Assembly: GCA_937997955.1 (NCBI GenBank)
Contig: CALLDR010000202.1
Location: 2,413 to 66,412 of the forward strand
Direction of reading: 5' to 3'
DNA length: 64,000 nucleotides
Source: an uncultured Emergencia sp.
GTDB taxonomy: Bacteria > Bacillota > Clostridia > Peptostreptococcales > Anaerovoracaceae
Part shown: piece after piece, positions 37,148-45,119 of the stretch
Layout of the letters: every line of letters begins with the position of its first letter
Position numbering within the stretch: position 1 is the stretch's first letter
Notes under the pieces: model-generated
Seen by the model: only the letters and a program-made list of their open reading frames with translations
Database searches by the model: none
What the model was told of the DNA's origin: nothing
Program-made: the position numbers and the translations under genes

Positions 37148-37343
37148 CTATTAGTTTGATTTTCGACAAATTTTTTAACGAATTAAATTGTTTTTTGTTT
37201 CGTGCATCAAAAAATAACCGGCATAATTCGTTTTTTTGTACAAACTAGGTTTTCCGCTCCCTTTGTCCCGGAAAAGGCATAGGAAGAAACATGGAAAAAC
37301 ATAGAAGAGGCGCAGAAAAAGCATGGAAGAAACACAGAAAAAG

Positions 37344-37379
37344 CAGAGCCCTGTTCCCGGCGTTTCCGCCTGAAACAGG
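37344..37379 (-). terminator. Hairpin terminator of the ABC exporter operon; copy A of a dispersed 36-nt hairpin repeat
   Basis: CAGAGCCCTGTTCCCGGCGTTTCCGCCTGAAACAGG. On the minus strand the hairpin is followed by GCTCTGCTTTTT. A near-identical copy lies at 45035-45070. Confidence 0.7.
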
Positions 37380-37442
37380 ATCCTGCTCCGCTGTCAATAA
37401 AGCCGGCCCAACCGTATTCATTTCTTCCGGATCAAAGCTCCG

Positions 37443-39206
37443 TCACTGCCGCAGCCTCCATCCGATGGCCGCTTCTCTCTGTCTCCAGAACCTGCGGTAG
37501 ATGCCATCTTCCTGTATCAGCTTGCTGTGGGTTCCCAGCTGTACGATCCGCCCTCCATCTACGACCGCGATCTGCTCCGCGTCCCGCACGGTGGTCAGAC
37601 GATGGGCGATGGAGATCAGCGTCTTTTCCCTGGTCAGCTCTTTGATGGCCGCCAGCAGCTGATGCTCGTTTTCCGGGTCTACGCTGGAAGTAGCCTCGTC
37701 CAGTATGACGATAGGCGCGTCTTTTAGGATAGCCCTGGCGATGGAAATCCTCTGCTTTTCTCCGCCGGACAGGGTGGAGCCGCCCTCCCCTACCACAGTG
37801 GCATAGCCCTCCGGCAGAGCTGAGATGAAATCGTGGCACTGGGCGCGCCGGGCCGCCTCCACGATCTCCTCGTGGGTCGCGTCAGGATTTCCAAACCGGA
37901 TATTGTTCTCAATGGTATCGTTGAAGAGATAGACGTTCTGGAAGACCATGCTGATGTATCCCATCAAGCTGTCTGCTGTGTAATCCTTCACGTCCAGACC
38001 TCCGATCAGGACCTGTCCCTCCTGCACGTCCCAGAATCTGGCGATCAGATTGCACAGGGTAGTCTTGCCTGAGCCGGACGGTCCTACGATGGCGCAGGTC
38101 GTCCCCTGCGGCACCCGCAGAGACACGTCGTCGATGATTTTCCTGCCGCCGGTTCCCGCTTCCCCGTCCTTTCCCGCCGCGTCATAGGAAAAGGTCACGT
38201 GCTTCAGCTCGATATCAAAGTTTTTCGGAGCCATGGCCTGTCTGCTGGTATCCATCTCCGGCATATCCGTGACAGCTTCCAGCCGGTTCAGCTCCGTGAT
38301 GATCTTTCTGGCCAGAAAAGCGCCGTCCCCCATCTGCTCCATCTCAGAATAGACGATGAAGGAGCAGACGATAAACATCAGGCAGTAGGACAGCGACAGC
38401 TCACCATCTAGAAACATGGCCGCCGCCGTGAACATCATGACACAGCCGGTCACCTTGTAGACAGCCTGGTAGACCTTCAGAAGGGGCAGAGACGCGTACT
38501 CCTGGTCCAGGTCTGCCTGCCGCTTTTGTTCAAAGGCCTCATAGACGGCGTTTTCGCTGCCGCCGCCCTGCGAAAACGCCCGGAGCACCGAGATCCCCCG
38601 TATGTATTCCAGAGCCTGGATGGTCATATTTTCCTGGGCCGCCAGCACCTTCGGCGTATGCTTTGCCGCCGCCTTCTGGATCACGTGGAGCACCGCCATG
38701 CCGGCGCACAGGCCCACAAGGGTGATCAGGGCGAAGACCGGCGCGAAGAACAGGAAGTAGACCATCATGACCAGAGTCATCAGCACGCCGCCGGTCAGAT
38801 CTGTCACCGCCAGCATGGAGTACTGCTCCAGTTCCGTCACCGTGGACGTCAGCACCGTCTGGATACTCCCCAGCTTCTGTTCGGAGAAATACCCCATGGG
38901 CGCTTTCCGCATCCGCTCCCCGATCTGCAGTCTGTAATCCCGGAACATATCAAAGCCCTTTGCGCTCATGGAGATGTCCATGAGCCACTGAAACAGGAAA
39001 CGCCCCGCCACGCTGACGACGAGAACGCCAAGGGCTTTCCAGATCACGGAGAAAGTCAGGTGATCCAGATTTTCCACTACGATATAGATAGCGAAGATCA
39101 TCAGACCCATGGAAACCGTCTTTAAAAAGTTCAGGAAAATACCCAAGATGATCTTCGTCCTATGCCGTCCCGACAGTTCCAAAATCCGCCTCAACATATT
39201 CAGCAT
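37443..39206 (-). CDS. ABC exporter, fused permease/ATPase (type I exporter, multidrug/lipid-like)
   Basis: Six-TM domain plus an NBD (GPSGSGKTT, LSGGEKQR, ILDEATS). Overlaps the upstream partner gene. Confidence 0.9.
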   Translation of the reverse strand: MLNMLRRILELSGRHRTKIILGIFLNFLKTVSMGLMIFAIYIVVENLDHLTFSVIWKALGVLVVSVAGRFLFQWLMDISMSAKGFDMFRDYRLQIGERMRKAPMGYFSEQKLGSIQTVLTSTVTELEQYSMLAVTDLTGGVLMTLVMMVYFLFFAPVFALITLVGLCAGMAVLHVIQKAAAKHTPKVLAAQENMTIQALEYIRGISVLRAFSQGGGSENAVYEAFEQKRQADLDQEYASLPLLKVYQAVYKVTGCVMMFTAAAMFLDGELSLSYCLMFIVCSFIVYSEMEQMGDGAFLARKIITELNRLEAVTDMPEMDTSRQAMAPKNFDIELKHVTFSYDAAGKDGEAGTGGRKIIDDVSLRVPQGTTCAIVGPSGSGKTTLCNLIARFWDVQEGQVLIGGLDVKDYTADSLMGYISMVFQNVYLFNDTIENNIRFGNPDATHEEIVEAARRAQCHDFISALPEGYATVVGEGGSTLSGGEKQRISIARAILKDAPIVILDEATSSVDPENEHQLLAAIKELTREKTLISIAHRLTTVRDAEQIAVVDGGRIVQLGTHSKLIQEDGIYRRFWRQREAAIGWRLRQ

Positions 39207-40966
39207 ACACCTTCACTCCCTTCTCCTGTACGATCCGCCGCGCCGACGTGCTGCTCCCACATCCTCCGATACAGCGGGCAATCCCGCAGCAGCTGCTCCT
39301 GGGTGCCGCTGGCGGCGATCCTTCCCTGATCCACGACCAAAATCTGATGGGCGTTCTGAATGGTGGCCAGCCGGTGGGCTACGACGACCAGCGTCTTTCC
39401 CTGTACCAGCCTGCTGACCGCTTCCTGAATCTGCGCTTCACTCTCTGGATCAGCAAAGGCTGTAGCCTCATCTAAAATAACCATGGACGCGCCCTTCAAA
39501 ATGGCCCTGGCGATGGTAATCCTCTGCCGTTCTCCGCCGGACAGCCGGTCGCCCGCGTCTCCCGCCGGCGTGTCGTAGCCCTGAGGAAGCTGCAGGATAA
39601 AGTCGTGGCAATTGGCGGCTTTCGCGGCAGCCTCTACCTCCTCGTCTGTCGCTTTTGGCTTTCCCATGCGGATATTCTCCGCGATGGACTTGTCGAAGAG
39701 AAAATTATCCTGAGCCACGTAGCTGATCTCTCCCATCATCTGATCAAAGGGGATCTGGCGGATATCCCTGCCGCCGTAATAGACGGTTCCTCCATCGGCG
39801 TCCCAAAAACCCGCCATCAGCTTGGCGATAGTGGATTTTCCCGAGCCGGACGGGCCTACGATGGCCGTCATGGTCCCCGGTTTCGTTTCAAAGCTGATGC
39901 CGTGCAGCACCTCCTTTGATCCGTTATAGGAAAAATGTACGTCGTCGAAAACGTACGCGCTGCCGTCAAGCTCCGCCTCCTCCGACGGCCGCTCCTGCTC
40001 CGGCGTATCCAGAAACTCCCGGATCGGCTTCAGATTGGCCGCGATGGTGGTCAGCTGCTCACTGCCGAAGGCGAGCTTCATCAAGGGCCCGATAAATCCG
40101 ATGGGTATGACGATGCAGGCCACGAAAATCGGCAGGCTGATCTTCCCGTTCATCAAAAGCCATGCGCCAACCGGCAGACTTCCCAGAAAGGTAGACGGAA
40201 TGATGGCCTTGACCGCCGCCATCCAGAACCAGCACTGCCGCCACCAATCCAGCGTACTGTCGTGAAAAAAGTTGACCGCGTCAGAAAACTTGCCGAAGGA
40301 CGCTCCCGTCCTGCCAAAGGCTTTGATAACCTGAATACCGCCGACGTATTCCACCAAGGCTCCGTTCATCTCGTTGCCCGCCCGCAGATACGTGGCCATT
40401 TTCTCTCCATAGCCCTGCATCATGCCGATGATAAAGGGAATGGACAGAGGCAGGGTGATCAGGGAAGCCAGCCCCATGCGCCAGTCCAGCACGAAGATCA
40501 AAAGGATACAGGCCAGCGGCGCGGCAATCTGGGAAGGGGCCTCCGGCACCACGTGGGCGATGGAATCCTCCAGCTTCCCCACGTTGTCTACCATCAGGGT
40601 CTTGTGGACGCCGGAAGGTGTCTCCAGCATGACGCCCAGGGGAACCCGCTGCATTTTATCGGCGACAGCTCTCCGCATGTTCTTCAGTATGGTAAAGGCG
40701 ATGCTGTGGCTTCTGGCCGACGACAGAGTGCAGAGCACCGCACGCAGCACGATGCCAAGGGCTGCGCCTCCCGACCACAGCAGGGCCTGTTTCATGCTGG
40801 CCGTTCCCGCGTAAATCCCGTTGGCGAGAGCCGCCGCTGCCAGAAACGGCAGCATCCCGAAGCACTCCCCAACGATAGCCAGAAAGACAGCGAGGGGCAT
40901 CTTCCCCTTGGCCTCACCGGCAAAGCTGAACAGAACCCTGATCGGATTCTCTCGTTTTTCCTTCAT
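39200..40966 (-). CDS. ABC exporter, fused permease/ATPase (heterodimer partner)
   Basis: NBD with GPSGSGKST, LSGGERQR and ILDEATA. The start is set at ATG 40966, which follows GAGGAGG. The 42-codon ORF-track extension is translated purine-rich repeat DNA. Confidence 0.88.
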   Translation of the reverse strand: MKEKRENPIRVLFSFAGEAKGKMPLAVFLAIVGECFGMLPFLAAAALANGIYAGTASMKQALLWSGGAALGIVLRAVLCTLSSARSHSIAFTILKNMRRAVADKMQRVPLGVMLETPSGVHKTLMVDNVGKLEDSIAHVVPEAPSQIAAPLACILLIFVLDWRMGLASLITLPLSIPFIIGMMQGYGEKMATYLRAGNEMNGALVEYVGGIQVIKAFGRTGASFGKFSDAVNFFHDSTLDWWRQCWFWMAAVKAIIPSTFLGSLPVGAWLLMNGKISLPIFVACIVIPIGFIGPLMKLAFGSEQLTTIAANLKPIREFLDTPEQERPSEEAELDGSAYVFDDVHFSYNGSKEVLHGISFETKPGTMTAIVGPSGSGKSTIAKLMAGFWDADGGTVYYGGRDIRQIPFDQMMGEISYVAQDNFLFDKSIAENIRMGKPKATDEEVEAAAKAANCHDFILQLPQGYDTPAGDAGDRLSGGERQRITIARAILKGASMVILDEATAFADPESEAQIQEAVSRLVQGKTLVVVAHRLATIQNAHQILVVDQGRIAASGTQEQLLRDCPLYRRMWEQHVGAADRTGEGSEGVC

Positions 40967-41050
40967 TTCATTCCTCCTCTTCTCTTCCTTGTTTCTCTTC
41001 TTCATGTCTCGCTCTCTCATTTTCGCGCCCTCATTCTTCTCCATCACACT

Positions 41051-41173
41051 TCTGCCTTTTGCCTTTTGTTCCGCCTTGCTTCTTCGCCGCATTTCTCTTT
41101 TCGCCTTTTGTTCCCCCTTGCTTCTTCACGATTCTCTTCTTTGCCTTTTGTTCCACCCCGTTCTTCTTCGAGT
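41051..41173. repeat. Three imperfect tandem repeats with a period of about 41 nt
   Basis: The core GCCTTTTGTTCCnCC(TT/CC)G(C/T)TTCTTC occurs at 41061, 41103 and 41143. The region is purine-rich on the coding strand, between the tetR stop and the ABC start. Confidence 0.85.
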
Positions 41174-41230
41174 ACCGCTTCTTTAGAGCGGGTTAGTTTA
41201 GCCTAACCACACTCCCAGAAAATAGGGCTG

Positions 41231-41845
41231 CTACAGCCCTAAGACAGCCCTCCATCCGGAACAGAAAAAATCCTGAAAGGTCTTCATATAGTGCACCGCG
41301 TCCTCCATGGGAAAATCGTGAACGACCACCTCAAAGAGAGCCGTCACATAAGCGCTCATCAGCAGATGCATCTCTTCCTCCCGCATCTCCTTCACCTCGA
41401 TGCCCTTTTTCTTGGCAGCCTCCATAAAGGCGATGGTCTCCCGCTGTTCCAGCAGAACCAGCTGATGGAGATAATCGGCATAGCGTGTTCCCTCGGAACG
41501 GCAGATCAGCAGCTTAAACGCGTCAAAATTAGGATAGACCACATTGACGATCAGCCCGGTATCCGCTCCGCTCTCCCACATCTGATCCAGATCATTCCGC
41601 TCCAGCATCTCATAGTCGAAGTCCTTATGTGCCTGATACCACTCCTCCACCGCCGTCAGCGCCGGCTCCACCAGAGCCGTAAACAGTGCCTCCTTGTCAG
41701 CGAAGTGTCGATAGAGGCCGGCGGCGCTCATACCCACCTTTCCCGCGATGCTCCGCATGGAAGCCTGTTCAAAACCCTTTTCCAGAAATTCTTCCCTGGC
41801 CGCGGGCAGAATCCTCTCATATGTTTCCGTTTTACTCTTTGGCAT
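41231..41845 (-). CDS. TetR/AcrR-family transcriptional regulator
   Basis: N-terminal HTH (GFEQASMRSIAGKVGMSAAGLYRHFADKEALF); 204 aa; upstream of the ABC exporter pair. Confidence 0.9.
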   Translation of the reverse strand: MPKSKTETYERILPAAREEFLEKGFEQASMRSIAGKVGMSAAGLYRHFADKEALFTALVEPALTAVEEWYQAHKDFDYEMLERNDLDQMWESGADTGLIVNVVYPNFDAFKLLICRSEGTRYADYLHQLVLLEQRETIAFMEAAKKKGIEVKEMREEEMHLLMSAYVTALFEVVVHDFPMEDAVHYMKTFQDFFCSGWRAVLGL

Positions 41846-41976
41846 ACTTCCTCCTCTTTACGCACGATGTCGGCTGTCCGCATCAACTGGCGATATTGGC
41901 AAATGATATCAGCGAGCGGCGTTTGCAATTGATATCAGCGAGCGGCATCAGCGAATGGCGTGAGTAAACGTTATGA

Positions 41977-42004
41977 GTAAACACCGTTAGCTAACATCGT
42001 TTAC
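41977..42004. promoter_or_regulatory. Palindrome, candidate TetR operator
   Basis: GTAAAC-acc-GTTAGCTAAC-atc-GTTTAC: a perfect 10-bp core palindrome nested in a 6-bp outer inverted repeat, about 130 bp upstream of tetR. Confidence 0.35.
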
Positions 42005-42419
42005 ATTATACAATGCGATTTACATCACGTCAAGGGTTATTTCCATCAAAGCGAGGCCGCCGGGGGTTCATTCGGGCAGGCAGCGACACAGCAGTTCCAT
42101 CAAAGTTGGGCTAAATCCCCTGATTTTCTGCAAAAAGCCTAACCCCAGGCTGCGGCAGTGGCTGTGGGGGCTGTGGCAGTAATTGCGGCAGTGGCTGTTG
42201 TGGTGCAGCTGAACCACATAAGAACCATCGACCAAATCGGGCTTATGAACTTGCGTTGCAATAGAAACCGGCTTCCTGCTTGGCTCTGCTTAAATATGCT
42301 CGTCCCATCTTTAAAACAAAAGGCGGAACCTCTGCTTCCGTTTCGGTTTCAAGGGCACGCCCTGATTTCGGGCGATGGTTTTTCAATCGTATCCGATGAT
42401 GTTCTCAGGTATGATATAG

Positions 42420-42460
42420 AAAAAAGCCACCGCATCAGAATTTTCTCTGACCGCGATGGC
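42420..42460 (-). terminator. Putative terminator of the LRR surface-protein gene
   Basis: An imperfect 13-bp hairpin GCCATCGCGGTCAG/CTGATGCGGTGGC followed by TTTTTT on the minus strand, directly after the stop. Confidence 0.6.
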
Positions 42461-42467
42461 TTTCGCA

Positions 42468-44678
42468 CTATTTAGCAGTTCTCCAGGCTTTCAAGGAATA
42501 TTCAGTATAAATCTTCTTTCTATCGATCACCTTGTAACCGCGAACTTTATAATAGTATTTATTGCCTTTTTTGACAGCGGTATTGAAATACCGTTCCTTT
42601 GTCGTCTTGAAAATCGGAGTCTTTCCGTAGCCGCTGTTCCTCTTCAAGGACCGGTATACCTCATAACCGTCAAAATCCAGTTCGCTGCCGTCTTTGTTGA
42701 ACCAGTAAACCTTGATGGATTTCTTTCCGCTCGGCGCTGTGGCGTACATACTGCGCGCGACCAGTCTGGTATTCTTCACAGCCTCGATCAAAGCGGCGTT
42801 GTCATCAGGCGCTTCCATCTTCCTCGCGGTGACAACCACCTTATCACCGGTCTTCAGTCCGGTCAGAGTGGTGACAGCTCCCTTCGACACGCCGTTGACC
42901 GTTACGTCTGCCAGTTCATAGCCGTCGTCAACGGTGATAGTCGCAATCGTGCCGGTGCTGTTCAGCGTGACAGTTGCGCCTTCTGAAGCTTCAATCGTCG
43001 GTTTCTGTGGACTGGAGACAGATGGGAAGGAACTGTTGGAGCCGCTTGTAACGTCAACCACACAGGAAACGGTCTTCAATACGATGTCCCCTATTTTTGC
43101 TGTAACGGTAATTGTTGCACTGCCTTGAGCGACACCTGTAACAACACCATTTTCAACCTTCGCAACGTTTGCATCACTGGTCGACCATTCGAGCGCAACA
43201 GCTTCTGGTATATCTGCTAACGACAAGTTAAGCGAAGCTCCAATATTCACGCGGCTTGTCTGCGGAAGTTCTAGTCCAGCAACCTGACTGCTGTCAGAAT
43301 CAAGTTTAGCAATACCAGAAAAGGCCCCCTCTCCAACTGTCTTTACCGTAGATGGAATTGTAACGGAGGTCACATTGGAACAGCCCGCAAAGGCGCGTTC
43401 GCCTATTTCCGTCACGCCTTCCGGAATGACCAGACTCGTCAATCCTGTATTGCCTACAAAAGCTTCAGTTCCAATTTTCTCCAGGGTTGTTGGGAAGGTA
43501 ATAGATTTCAAAGTATCATCGGTGGTGCCTCCAGGGGATACTTTGAACGCGCTGTCTCCGATGTATTTGATACCTTTAGGCACGGTGACGTTTTCCTGGA
43601 TTTCCAGGGTATTCATTAAGGTATCCTCGTCATAGAGGACGCCGTCCTGAATCTGGTATACACTTTCTTCTTTGAAGAATACATTTCCTTCACCGTCATT
43701 TGCGGAGCTGTTATAATATGAATTGAATGTGCCCGGTTCGATCACTGTATTCGCAGGGACGGTAACACTAGGCAGGGAGGTGCAGTACGCAAAGGCAGAA
43801 GGACCGATATAGGTTACAGAATCCGGCACGTTCAGCTCTGTTAAACCACTGCACCGCGCAAAAGTAAATCTGCTTATCGTTTCCAGCTTGCTGTTCTCCG
43901 CAAAGGTCACATTCTGGAGTTTAGACCCGGAAAAGCTCTCGCCGTCCCATTCTCCATTACCGATCGCCGTCACCGACGCAGGAATCGTAATGGAGGTAAT
44001 AGCGCAGTTGCTAAAAGCACGAGGGCCAACAGTAGTAAACGCTTCGCTGTTGGAAGGCATGGTCACCGAAGTAACCTGAGTATTTTTAAACGCGCTATCA
44101 TCAATCCCTATGACAGTGTACGATTTATTTTCATACGTTACTTCCGCCGGAATTGTTTTGGCTCCCGTATAAGCATAACGATAAGATGTATTACCATAGC
44201 CGTTTTGTCCTCTTTCATAGTAAGGCGCCACCATGACTGTGTCGTTATCTTTAATCTCATAGGCCAGACCGCTCTGTTCATCGTAGAAATCATAAAACTG
44301 CGTTTGCCATTCCCATTGGAATTCGTTAGGATCAGGTTTGGTGCTTCCACCATTTCCCGAATCCAATTCTTCTTTCTTCTCCTCAATTATTACTGACTTT
44401 TCATCGAAAGCTCCGAAAATCGCCAACTGTTCATCTGTAATGTTATCCCACGATGATTGTTCAAAAGTATCAAGCTGCGCAATGATTGGAGCATACCTAT
44501 CATTATAGAATGTCAGGAACTCCTCGTCCTCCATAGCTTCGATTTCTTCTGCTGTTGGAAATTTTGAAAGCTGTTGAAAGAATTCATCAAATGTCATACT
44601 CTCCGCTGCCCACGCCATGCCCGGCATAAAGCACACGATCATCACTACGCACAGCAGCGATATTAAAATTTTTTTCAC
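42468..44678 (-). CDS. Secreted BspA-type leucine-rich-repeat surface protein with Ig-like (Big_2) and FN3-like C-terminal domains
   Basis: Signal peptide MKKILISLLCVVMIVCFMPGMAWA (GTG start). Repeated LRR_5-type units (AFxxCxxLTSVTIPxSVTxIG). Big_2-like ATITVTAK segment. No LPXTG motif. Confidence 0.85.
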   Translation of the reverse strand: MKKILISLLCVVMIVCFMPGMAWAAESMTFDEFFQQLSKFPTAEEIEAMEDEEFLTFYNDRYAPIIAQLDTFEQSSWDNITDEQLAIFGAFDEKSVIIEEKKEELDSGNGGSTKPDPNEFQWEWQTQFYDFYDEQSGLAYEIKDNDTVMVAPYYERGQNGYGNTSYRYAYTGAKTIPAEVTYENKSYTVIGIDDSAFKNTQVTSVTMPSNSEAFTTVGPRAFSNCAITSITIPASVTAIGNGEWDGESFSGSKLQNVTFAENSKLETISRFTFARCSGLTELNVPDSVTYIGPSAFAYCTSLPSVTVPANTVIEPGTFNSYYNSSANDGEGNVFFKEESVYQIQDGVLYDEDTLMNTLEIQENVTVPKGIKYIGDSAFKVSPGGTTDDTLKSITFPTTLEKIGTEAFVGNTGLTSLVIPEGVTEIGERAFAGCSNVTSVTIPSTVKTVGEGAFSGIAKLDSDSSQVAGLELPQTSRVNIGASLNLSLADIPEAVALEWSTSDANVAKVENGVVTGVAQGSATITVTAKIGDIVLKTVSCVVDVTSGSNSSFPSVSSPQKPTIEASEGATVTLNSTGTIATITVDDGYELADVTVNGVSKGAVTTLTGLKTGDKVVVTARKMEAPDDNAALIEAVKNTRLVARSMYATAPSGKKSIKVYWFNKDGSELDFDGYEVYRSLKRNSGYGKTPIFKTTKERYFNTAVKKGNKYYYKVRGYKVIDRKKIYTEYSLKAWRTAK

Positions 44679-44731
44679 GTTCTTTTATCTCCTTTCGTAA
44701 TTATAATAGGTCCCCTTGTTGAACGCTAAAT

Positions 44732-44885
44732 TAGACTTTTTCGTTCGGATATATTATAATAAAAAGGGACATATCCCCTATGCCACTTATCCGCTGTTAA
44801 CGTTGAAATTCAGCACTTTCTTAGTTTACAATCGCCTATGATTTCTGGTAATTATTACCTGAAATCCTGTGAACGAAAAAGTCTA
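44732..44885. promoter_or_regulatory. Candidate invertible DNA switch: perfect 15-bp inverted repeats flanking a 124-bp promoter-bearing segment
   Basis: TAGACTTTTTCGTTC (44732-44746) and its exact reverse complement GAACGAAAAAGTCTA (44871-44885). The internal plus-strand promoter TTGAAA (44803)-18 nt-TACAAT (44827) currently points away from the LRR gene. Confidence 0.5.
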
Positions 44886-44980
44886 CTTTTTCCTTCACAT
44901 TCCCCAAGTTCTCCGCATAAAAGCATCGCGCCATCTCCGCAAATTCCCGCAAATTAAAAATTCGGACCGATTGCCGGAAT

Positions 44981-45009
44981 TTGCACATAAAAATAAACTT
45001 GTCTATAAT
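44981..45009 (+). promoter_or_regulatory. Orphan near-consensus sigma-70 promoter with no plus-strand gene downstream
   Basis: TTGCAC-17 nt-TATAAT. It faces two hairpins and then the 3' end of hydA operon 2, in antisense. Confidence 0.5.
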
Positions 45010-45034
45010 GAGCTCGCCCTTAACACCACAACAA

Positions 45035-45075
45035 CAGAGCCCTGTTCCCGGCGTATCCGCCAGAAACAGGGCTCT
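45035..45075 (-). terminator. Hairpin after hydA (operon 2); copy B of the dispersed 36-nt hairpin repeat
   Basis: CAGAGCCCTGTTCCCGGCGTATCCGCCAGAAACAGGGCTCT is 34/36 identical to copy A. A second hairpin GACTGAC-agcag-GTCAGTC lies at 45089-45107. Confidence 0.6.
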
Positions 45076-45119
45076 TCTGCAAACGGCTGACTGACAGCAG
45101 GTCAGTCCGCCGCTCCTAT

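Noticed and set aside
37166-37172. A Spo0A-box heptamer (TGTCGAA on the minus strand) upstream of the hyd operon 1 promoter.
   Set aside because: A single 7-mer is expected several times by chance in 64 kb. Unlike the spoIIE case, there is no supporting context.
42040-42420. About 400 bp of non-coding DNA between tetR and the LRR gene, checked for a known ncRNA (6S, SRP, tmRNA, riboswitch) and for the ORF 42158..42475.
   Set aside because: I found no motifs of those RNA families. The ORF has a GTG start, no RBS and repeat-derived Ala/Val composition. A plus-strand hairpin plus T-run at about 42356-42385 exists, but I could not find a convincing promoter for it.
44732-44885. Alternative reading of the 15-bp inverted repeats as the ends of a MITE.
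   Set aside because: This is not fully excluded. However, no target-site duplication flanks the repeats, no second copy occurs in the window, and the segment carries an outward-facing promoter next to a surface-protein gene. The inverton interpretation is therefore preferred, and the MITE reading is listed as a refutation route.
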